Of a DNA stretch of 64,000 nt, positions 12,301 through 24,300 are shown in pieces; the stretch's first letter is position 1, and each line of letters begins with the position of its first letter. This DNA is from Bispira polyomma (taxonomy: Eukaryota). The stretch spans positions 23,374,001 to 23,438,000 of the forward strand of contig OZ287759.1 of the NCBI GenBank assembly GCA_965649765.1, given 5' to 3'. Under the pieces are notes generated by a model. The model made no database searches and was not told where the DNA came from. It was given only the letters and a program-made list of their open reading frames with translations. A program made the translations under genes and the position numbers.

Positions 12301-15300
12301 AATAAAAGTTATACGTAATATTTTAATCTAAATATTTACTATTGTTTGAAAATGGCGAAATGCTGTCCACTTCTAATCTATATTAACCTAGTGACTTTAC
12401 TTTCTAACTTCTGGTTAAAATTCATCGGAAGTACCTTAATGTATCTAGATACGAGTCAGATTTATATGCAATGGAATGACCTCCACAAATTACCAGTTAA
12501 TTGCCTCAACATTATTTCCTTTTGCTCATATTTGTTAAATTTCCGTGAATTTCAAGCGAATCGCTATCCCCCCTTGTATTTCCAGTGATCTAATCTCAAC
12601 AGGAAGACTATTTCATAACATAAGGCAGCAATTGAGAAAGGTCTAGATCCAGCACACCTGGTATGTTTTTATTTAGTTTATTTAATTTAGTACTTACTGA
12701 CACACTCTGCGCCTGTAGAACTGGGTACTTTGCTGCTGTCACAAACCGTACAGGTCTCAAAGTCATCACATGTGTTACAGTCTGTCATCACACTGGCACA
12801 GGCTTTAACAAACACAAGATATAACTTCATATATGCCATTGTCCAGGTACATATTCACAGACATTTTAAGACTTTCATTTTATAATTCCATATATACGTA
12901 GTTCAGCCAAAAAGCTTACTTCATGCATATTAATCAGCCAATGTTATTTTTGCAATTTTTGTATTTTGTTTTAAACATGTCTTATTATTGCAAGGCATCA
13001 TTTAAAATGCAACATCACAATCAATTAACCAACAGGGTAGTCCAAAAAGCATAGCAATGGTTTTAAGGAAGGATGTGATGGTGTACAGGGATGGAATTAA
13101 GGGGTTAAGTGAGTTTAAATAGATAAGCTTTTCCTTAACCCAGAAAGTGTTTCCAGTGATCTAAGCTCAACAGGGAGACTATCTTATAACATAAGGCAGC
13201 AATTGAGAAAGGTCTAGATCCAGCACACCTGGTATGTTTTTATTTAGTTTATTTAATTTAGTACTTACTGACACACTCTGCGCCTGTAGAACTGGGTACT
13301 TTGCTGCTGTCACAAACCGTACAGGTCTCAAAGTCATCACATGTGTTACAGTCTGTCATAACACTGGCACAGGCTTTAACAAACACAAGATATAACTTCA
13401 TATATGCCATTGTCCAGGTACATATTCACAGACATTTTAAGACTTTCATTTTATAATTCCATATATATGTAGTTCAGCCAAAAAGCTTACTTCATGCATA
13501 TTAATCAGCCAATGTTATTTTTGCAATTTTTGTATTTTGTTTTAAACATACCTTATTATTGCAAGGCATCATTTAAAGTGCAACATCACAATCAATTAAC
13601 CAATAGGGTAGTCCAAAAAGCATAGCAATGGTTTTAAGGAAGGATGTGATGGTGTACAGGGATGGAATTAAGGGGTTAAGTGAGTTTAAATAGATAACTT
13701 TTCCTTAACCCAGAAAGTGTTTCCAGTGATCTAAGCTCAACAGAGAGACTATCTTATAACATTATTAGGGCAGCAATTGAGAAAGCTCTAGAACCAGCCT
13801 GCTTGGTAGGTTTTTATTAAGTTTATTTGTACTTACTAACACACATGTCTCCTGTAGAACTGGGTACTTTGCTGTCGCTACAAGCCGTACAGGTCTCAAA
13901 GTCATCACATGCGGTACAGCTTTCCATTGCAGTGCCACAGGCTTTTAAAACAAAAATTATACAAAGAGTCCTATCAATTTATTAATTGTAAATGTATTAC
14001 ATGAAATGCTTGCCACTAATATGACATCAACAACAAAAAATCAGCATCACTTCTTTAGGTTGTATATTCATGTTTTGACATGGATATACTTGACAGTGTA
14101 ATAACATTAATGTTAAAAGTTCTTCAGTGTTATGATGTCACCCAGTAATGCCAATTGTGATTAAAGTCTAAAACAAGGTGCAGTAGTACATTATGACTGG
14201 AAAACAAACTTTTGTACTTAATCTATAACAAGAGGAAAGTGACCTTGCGGTCACAAATCTCGGAGACATGTATCTTTTTCTCAAGCTGTCTACCTAAAAG
14301 TAAACTAATATTATCTGTCAATGTATAAGTTACAACCAAAAAAAATCTGTCTACCGGTCTACCTATAACCTAAAATACAATTGTCAATAGATAAGTTACA
14401 AAAAAGGAAATTATTTGACAACCTTTGACAAGTTAAAAAATTTTTTTTTTAATTTTTTGATTGAAGGTAATTTTTTATGGTTTAGGGTTTAGGGGAGTTA
14501 GCCATCATTCTTTAGCCTATGTATCTCTTACACTTAAAGTTAGGGTTTAGGTTTAGGGCTTAGGGGAGTTAGTCATGATTCTTTAGCCTAAATATCTGTT
14601 ACACATAAAGTTAGATATAGTCCCCTAACCCCTTAAGCCTAAAATAATTTCGACCTGACAGCTTATGTTTCTTAAATAATTAAAAAATTAATCTACCTGT
14701 CGACCTAACTATATTATTATACAGCTAGTCCATAATTTAAGGATAAGATCCTGACATACCACAGAATACATGCAATATAAAAAATACCCATGGCTACATT
14801 GTTCACACTTACTAATACAAGTGGCTCCTGTAGAACTTGTTACTTTACTACTGTCACAAGCTGTACAGGTTTGGTGGTTAGTGCAGAATTAATAAGCCAA
14901 TAGAGAAGTCTAAAAAGCATTGCGAAGGTTGTAAAGAAGGACAGGGGAGCGTACAAGGAGGAAATTAAAGGGGTAAGTGAGGTTAAAGAGATAAATTTTG
15001 CTTTTTCCTCAACCCAGAAAGTGTTTCTAGTAATTTGAGCTCAACAGGCAGACTCTTCCATAACAATAGCAATTTAGAAAGATCTAGATTCAGCTCTGTT
15101 GGTATGTTTTTATTTAGTTTAAATGTACTTACTGACACACTCGGCTCCTGTAGAACTGGGTACTTTGCTGCTGTCACAAGCCGTACAGGTGTTGTAGTCA
15201 GTGCACATGTTACAGTCTGTCATTGCACTGGCACAGGCTGTGACATAAATAGGCAACACAAAACTATCATGATTAGTATTACTGAAACATTTAATTCACA

Positions 15301-18300
15301 GCATCCCGTTGATATATCATCCTCAAAGCTACTCATTTTCTGAAAAAGATAGTCCTGCAACAAAACTTTGGTTGTCATTAGTACACAATTCATTTAATTT
15401 ACTTTAATTTTCACACATATATACATGTAGTTAATTATATATTTTAGACTTCAATTAGACTTTAATTTGCAGGATAATTTTCCAATTTGTTTTAATTAAA
15501 TTTTTTTTTTACAAAAATTATATTGTTGTTTGCTGTTTTAAATCATAGTTACAGTGTTGATGCCTTGACACTGATATTATCCCTGACACTGACATTAGCC
15601 TTCAACTGGCATTTAACCTTGACCTGACACCGCTTGACCTGACATTAGAATTGGCTTGTTATTAGACTCGGCTTAATATATACCTTGACCTGGCATACAC
15701 TTATACACTTGACATTAACCTTGACCTGACATCCTTGACCTGACATTAGACTTGACCTGGCATTATATTTGAGACATTAACCTTGACCTGACATTAACCT
15801 TGACCTAACATCCTTCACCTGACATTAGACTTGACCTGACATCCTTGACCTGACATTAGATTTGACATGGCATTATATTTGAGACATTAACCTTGACCTG
15901 ACATTAGATTTGACCAGACGTTAGACTTAACTTGATATACACCTTGACCTGGCATTATACTTGGCATTAGATTTGACCTTTAAACTTGACTTCAGTATTT
16001 TATACAATTATTAGCGGTCCAATGTTTATACCTGCTGTGACATAAAAGACAAACACAACTTTTCTAATAAACTGAAAAATGGTACCATCATCATATATAT
16101 TACATGTACTTACTTGTTTTCACTGAAGTTTAGGAAAACCTCTATCACTTGTCTTGAGAGTCGTAATCTATGCACTGTTCAATAAGTAATTTCAATGCAA
16201 TCATATAGATAAGCTGACAAAATATTTTTATGCTTGTAAATGTAGATAGCATTTTAACAGCGTCTCCATGGCACTCATCTTGATTCCAGGACTTAGCTGA
16301 CAGTTATTGCCATCTCTGGCTTGACATTGACAACAAGAATGTTGAAGCTACTTAGTCATTGTAGAATTGTAATTTGGAAACTTAGGTATCAGACAGCTGA
16401 CTTTGTTCTGATGGATCCCTCAAAATAAAGATTTACCCCAACAAGGGATGAATTAGATACAATTTTAATAAGAAGTGTTAAAAACAGTATGAACTTACTA
16501 ACACATTCCGCTCCTGTAGAACTGGGTACTTTACTGCTGTCACAAGCTGTACAGGTTTGGTAGTCACTACACGTGTTACAGTCTGTCATCACACTGTCAC
16601 ATGCTTTAACAAACACAAGATATGTCTTCATACATGTCAAAATCTACTAAATCTAGGTACAATTTCATAATATGACTTTCATTTTCTAATATCTTAGGTA
16701 GTCCAGCGAACAAGATTGCTTCATATATATTAATTAACTGCTTTTGTATATTATATTTTGTATTATTAATATACCATATTGATGCGAGACATCTTCTATA
16801 GTGCAATAACAGAATCAATTAACCAATAAAGAAGTCCAAAAAGCATAGTGAAACTTGTAAAGAAGGATATGGTGTACAGAGAGCAAATTAAGTGGGTAAG
16901 TGAGTTTGAAGAGATACATTTAAAGTTTTTTCCTAAACCCAGAAAGTGTTTCTAGTGATCTAAGCTCAACAGGGAGCCTATTCCATATCATGAGGGCAGC
17001 AATTGAGAAAGATATCGATCCAGAATTCTAGGTAGGTTTCTCTTTAGTCGATTTGTACTTACTGACACACTCGGCTCCTGTAGAGCTGGGTACTTTGCTG
17101 CTGTCACAAGCCGTACAGGTGTTAAAGTCATCACACGTGTTACAGTCTGTCATCACACTGGCACAGGCTTTAACAAACACAAGATATGTATTCATATATG
17201 TCAAAATCTACTAAATCTAGGTACAATTTCATAATATGACTTTCATTTTCTAATATCTTAGGTAGTCCAGCGAACAAGATTGCTTCATATATAATAATTA
17301 ACTGCTTTTGTATATTATATTTTGCATTATTAATATACCTTATTGATGTGAGACATCTTCTATAGCGCAATAACAGAATCAATTAACTAATAAAGAAGTC
17401 CTAAAAGCATAGTGAAACTTGTAAATAAGGATATGGTGTACAGAGAGCAAATTAAGGGGGTAAGTGAGTTTGAAGAGATACGTTTAAAGTTTTTTCCTAA
17501 ACCCAGAAAGTGTTTCTAGTGATCTAACCCCAACAGTGAGTCTATTCCATATCATAAGGGCAGCAATTGAGAAAGATATCAATCCAGAACTCTAGGTAGG
17601 TTTCTCTTTAGTCGATTTGTACTTACTGACACACTCGGCTCCTGTAGAACTGGGTACTTTGCTGCTGTCACAAACCGTACAGGTGTCAAAGTCATCACAT
17701 GTGGTACAGTCTGTCATCACACTGGCACAGGCTTTAACAAACACAAGATATAACTTCATATATGCCATAGCCTAGGTACATATTTAAACAAACATTTTAA
17801 AACTTGAAATTTCTAATTTCTTAGGTAGCTCAGTCAAAAGGCTTGCTTTATACATTTTAATCAGGAAATGCTATTTTTAGAATTTTTTTTGTATTTTGTT
17901 TTAAATATATCTTATTGATGTGAGGCATCTTCTAAAGTGCAAAATCACAATCACTTAACCAATAAAGAAGTTCAAAGAGCATAGCAAATATTGTAAATGA
18001 GGATGTTGTGGTGTACAGGGAGGTAATTAAAGGGGTAAGTGACTTTAAAGAGGTAAGGTTTAAGTTTTTCCTGAACCCAGTAAGTACAGGGGGGGACAGC
18101 AATTCGTGGTGGACAGCATTTCACTATAAATGTGGTTATTACACCTAATCACTGTATAATATTCATTTTAAAGGAATTATTTTCGCATTATAAGATTTAT
18201 ATAACATACACATGCCTACACCACAAATATATAGAATACTGTCTGCCTAAATAAATTTTAAATGAATTTAAAGTACCGACACAGCTAAATAAACAGTAGT

Positions 18301-21300
18301 ACTGCACAAAATTTAAGGTTGATGATTAGACAGTACTAATGATTGGCTATTGGGCTGTACTGGGGTTTCTTTTCTGTTTCTCATATTATGTATCGTGTAC
18401 ATAAACTATTTCATAATATAATTATTATTGTTAATAAAAGTTATACGTAATATTTTAATCTAAATATTTACTATTGTTTGAAAATGGCGAAATGCTGTCC
18501 ACTTCTAATCTATATTAACCTAGTGACTTTACTTTCTAACTTCTGGTTAAAATTCATCGGAAGTACCTTAATGTATCTAGATACGAGTCAGATTTATATG
18601 CAATGGAACGACCTCCACAAATTACCAGTTAATTGCCTCAACATTATTTCCTTTTGCTCATATTTGTTAAATTTCCGTGAATTTCAAGCGAATCGCTATC
18701 CCCCCTTGTATTTCCAGTGATCTAATCTCAACAGGAAGACTATTTCATAACATAAGGCAGCAATTGAGAAAGGTCTAGATCCAGCACACCTGGTATGTTT
18801 TTATTTAGTTTATTTAATTTAGTACTTACTGACACACTCTGCGCCTGTAGAACTGGGTACTTTGCTGCTGTCACAAACCGTACAGGTCTCAAAGTCATCA
18901 CATGTGTTACAGTCTGTCATAACACTGGCACAGGCTTTAACAAACACAAGATATAACTTCATATATGCCATTGTCCAGGTACATATTCACAGACATTTTA
19001 AGACTTTCATTTTATAATTCCATATATACGTAGTTCAGCCAAAAAGCTTACTTCATGCATATTAATCAGCCAATGTTATTTTTGCAATTTTTGTATTTTG
19101 TTTTAAACATACCTTATTATTGCAAGGCATCATTTAAAGTGCAACATCACAATCAATTAACCAATAGGGTAGTCCAAAAAGCATAGCAATGGTTTTAAGG
19201 AAGGATGTGATGGTGTACAGGGATGGAATTAAGGGGTTAAGTGAGTTTAAATAGATAAGCTTTTCCTTAACCCAGAAAGTGTTTCCAGTGATCTAAGCTC
19301 AACAGAGAGACTATCTTATAACATTATTAGGGCAGCAATTGAGAAAGCTCTAGAACCAGCCTGCTTGGTAGGTTTTTATTAAGTTTATTTGTACTTACTG
19401 ACACACTCAGCTCCTGTGGAACTGGGTACTTTGCCATTGCCACAAGCCGTACAGGTCTCAAAGTCATCACATGTGGTACAGTCTTCCATGGCAGTGCCAC
19501 AGGCTTTTAAAACAAAAATTATACATAGAGTCCTGTCAATTTATTAATTGTAAATGTATTACATGAAATGCTTGCCAGTAATATGACATCAACAACAAAA
19601 AATCAGCATCACTTATTTAGGTTGTATATTCATGTTTTGACATGGATATACTTGACAGTGTAATAACATTAATGTTAAAACTTCTTCAGTGGTATGATGT
19701 TCCCCGGTAGTGCAAACTGTGATCGAAGTCTAAAACAAGGTGCAGTAGTACATTATGACTGAAATAGAAACTTTTATACTTAATTTATAAAAACCTATGA
19801 ACATTCAGCGGAGATATTTAGAGGCTACTGTGACTTTAAATTATCTGGAACCAGTAAGTCGGTCTGGTGAAAGTGGAGAGAATATTTTATCTTAACAGAT
19901 TGCTAAGAGATATCATACAAAGTAAAATTGTTGGTAAATATAAATAGCCGTAAACTTGATGACAATTAATTTAAATGTAATACAGAATTTGATCGTTAGC
20001 CGTTGGAGGTGTTGAATAAGAAGGGTTATATGAGAGCATGCTTTTGATTTACTTAAATTTTTATCTCTTCCTGTCCAATACCATACAGTTGAAAACTGCA
20101 ATGAGCAAGACACCTTGCAACCAAGGCATTTGCAACAGCAATAAAATTTTCAAATGTGAGATGGCGATATGTTTTTATAATAGCAGCTTAACAGAAAAAT
20201 GACAAAAACATGGAGATTGAAAGTGTCTCCCAGATTGTAACATCATTGGCACAAAAATACAATTGCAAAGGATATTTATCTGAAAAATATTTATGTCATT
20301 TTCCTCTGTGCTTTCGAAAAGTAGTTTTTCTCTTGATTGAACTTTAACTTCCTAATTTTTCGATTTCCTAATTTTTCGTTTTCTTATTTCTTAGGTAGTT
20401 CAGCTAATTAGCTTGTTTCATTCATATCGATCTGCTAATGCTATTTTTATATTGTATTTCACATTTTTAATGTGTTTTTTTGATGTGAGACATCCAGTAA
20501 AGCCGAACAACAAAATCAATAACCCAATAGAGAAGTAAAAAAAGCATAGCGAAGTTCGTAATGAAGGATGTGGGGGTGCCAAGGGGGGAAATTTAGGGGA
20601 TTAATGAGTTTGAAGAGATAAATTTTAAGTGATTTCCTGAACCAAAAAAATGTTTATTGTAATCTAAACTAAACAGGGAGACTATTCCATAACATAAAGG
20701 GTAGCAATTAAGAAAGGTCTGGATCCTGTCCTTGTGGTAGATTTCTATTAAGTTTATTTGTACTTGATTTCTATTAAGTTTATTTGTACTTACTAACACA
20801 CATGTCTCCTGTAGAACTGGGTACTTTGCTGTCGCTACAAGCCATACAGGTCTCAAAGTCATCACATGCGGTACAGTCTTCCATTGCAGTGCCACAGGCT
20901 TTTAAAACAAAAAATATACAGAGTCCTATCAATTTATTAATTGTAAATGTATTACATGAAATGCTTGCCAGTAATATGACATCAACAACAAAAAATCAGC
21001 ATCACTTCTTTAGGTTGTATATTCATGTTTTGACATGGATATACTTGACAGTGTAATAACATTACTGTTAAAAGTTCTTCAGTGTTATGATGTCACCCAG
21101 TAATGCCAATTGTGATTAAAGTCTAAAACAAGGTGCAGTAGTACATTATGACTGGAGAACAAACTTTTGTACTTAATCTATAACAAGAGGAAAGTGACCT
21201 TGCGGTCACAAATCTCGGAGACATGTATCTTTTTCTCAAGCTGTCTACCTAAAAGTATACTAATATTATCTGTCAATGTATAAGTTACAACCAAAAAAAA

Positions 21301-24300
21301 TCTATCTACTGGTCTACCTATAACCTAAAATACAATTGTCAATATATAAGTTACAAAAAAGGAAATTATTTGACAACCTTTGACAAGTTAAAAAATTTTT
21401 TTTTTAATTTTTTGATTGAAGGTAATTTTTTATGGTTTAGGGTTTAGGGGAGTTAGCCATCATTCTTTAGCCTATGTATCTCTTACACTTAAAGTTAGGG
21501 TTTAGGTTTAGGGCTTAGGGGAATTAGCCACCATTCTATAGCCTAAATATCTGTTACACATAAAGTTAGATATAGTCCCCTAACCCCTTAAGCCTAAAAT
21601 AATTTCGACCTGACAGCTTATGTTTCTTAAATAATTAAAAAATTAGTCTACCTGTCGACCTAACTATATTATTATACAGCTAGTCCATAATTTAAGGATA
21701 AGATCCTGACATACCACAGAATACATGCAATATAAAAAAAAACCCATGGCTACATTGTTCACACTTACTAATACAAGTGGCTCCTGTAGAACTTGTTACT
21801 TTACTACTGTCACAAGCTGTACAGGTTTGGTGGTTAGTGCAGAATTAATAAGCCAATAGAGAAGTCTAAAAAACATTGCGAAGGTTGTAAAGAAGGACAG
21901 GGGAGCGTACAAGGAGGAAATTAAAGGGGTAAGTGAGGTTAAAGAGATAAGTTTTGCTTTTTCCTCAACCCAGAAAGTGTTTCTAGTAATTTGAGCTCAA
22001 CAGGCAGACTCTTCCATAACATAAGGGCAACAATTTAGAAAGATCTAGATTCAGCTCTGTTGGTATGTTTTTATTTAGTTTAAATGTACTTACTGACACA
22101 CTCGGCTCTTGTAGAACTGGGTACTTTGCTGCTGTCACAAGCCGTACAGGTGTTATAGTCAGTGCACATGTTACAGTCTGTCATTGCACTGGCACAGGCT
22201 GTGACATAAATAGGCAACACAAAACTATCATGATTAGTATTACTGAAACATTTAATTCACAGTATCCCGTTGATATATCATCCTCAAAGCTACTCATTTT
22301 CTGAAAAAGATAGTCCTGCAACAAAACTTTGGTTGTCATTAGTACACAATTCATTTAATTTACTTTAATTTTCACACATATATACATGTAGTTAATTATA
22401 TATTTTAGACTTCAATTAGACTTTAATTTGCAGGATAATTTTCCAATTTGTTTTAATTAAATTTTTTTTTTACAAAAATTATATTGTTGTTTGCTGTTTT
22501 AAATCATAGTTACAGTGTTGATGCCTTGACACTGATATTATCCCTGACACTGACATTAGCCTTCAACTGGTATTTAACCTTGACCTGACACCGCTTGACC
22601 TGACATTAGAATTGGCTTGTTATTAGACTCGGCTTAATATATACCTTGACCTGGCATACACTTATACACTTGACATTAACCTTGACCTGACATCCTTGAC
22701 CTGACATTAGACTTGACCTGGCATTATATTTGAGACATTAACCTTGACCTGACATTAACCTTGACCTAACATCCTTCACCTGACATTAGACTTGACCTGA
22801 CATCCTTGACCTGACATTAGATTTGACATGGCATTATATTTGAGACATTAACCTTCACCTGACATTAACCTTGACCTAACATCCTTCACCTAACATTAGA
22901 CTTAACCTGACATCCTTGACCTGACATTAGATTTGACATGGCATTATATTTGAGACATTAACCTTGACCTGACATTAGATTTGACCAGACGTTAGACTTA
23001 ACTTGATATACACCTTGACCTGGCATTATACTTGGCATTAGATTTGACCTTTAAACTTGACTTCAGTATTTTATACAATTATTAGCGGTCCAATGTTTAT
23101 ACCTGCTGTGACATAAAAGACAAACACAACTTTTCTAATAAACTGAAAAATGGTACCATCATCATATATATGACATGTACTTACTTGTTTTCACTGAAGT
23201 TTAGGAAAACCTCTATCACTTGTCTTGAGAGTCGTAATCTATGCACTGTTCAATAAGTAATTTCAATGCAATCATATAGATAAGCTGACAAAATATTTTT
23301 ATGCTTGTAAATGTAGATAGCATTTTAACAGCGTCTCCATGGCACTCATCTTGATTCCAGGACTTAGCTGACAGTTATTGCCATCTCTGGCTTGACATTG
23401 ACAACAAGAATGTTGAAGCTACTTAGTCATTGTAGAATTGTAATTTGGAAACTTAGGTATCAGACAGCTGACTTTGTTCTGATGGATCCCTCAAAATAAA
23501 GATTTACCCCAACAAGGGATGAATTAGATACAATTTTAATAAGAAGTGTTAAAAACAGTATGAACTTACTAACACATTCTGCTCCTGTAGAACTGGGTAC
23601 TTTACTGCTGTCACAAGCTGTACAGGTTTGGTAGTCACTACACGTGTTACAGTCTGTCATCACACTGTCACATGCTTTAACAAACACAAGATATGTCTTC
23701 ATATATGTCAAAATCTACTAAATCTAGGTACAATTTCATAATATGACTTTCATTTTCTAATATCTTAGGTAGTCCAGCGAACAAGATTGCTTCATATATA
23801 TTAATTAACTGTTTTTGTATATTATATTTTGCATTATTAATATACCATATTGATGCGAGACATCTTCTATAGTGCAATAACAGAATCAATTAACTAATAA
23901 AGAAGTCCTAAAAGCATAGTGAAACTTGTAAAGAAGGATATGGTGTACAGAGAGCAAATTAAGGGGGTAAGTGAGTTTGAAGAGATACGTTTAAAGTTTT
24001 TTCCTAAACCCAGAAAGTGTTTCTAGTGATCTAAGCTCAACAGGGAGCCTATTCCATATCATGAGGGCAGCAATTGAGAAAGATATCGATCCAGAATTCT
24101 AGGTAGGTTTCTCCTTAGTTGATTTGTACTTACTGACACACTCGGCTCCTGTAGAGCTGGGTACTTTGCTGCTGTCACAAGCCGTACAGGTGTCAAAGTC
24201 ATCACACGTGTTACAGTCTGTCATCACACTGGCACAGGCTTTAACAAACACAAGATATAACGTCATATATGCCATAGCCTAGGTACATATTTAAACAAAC

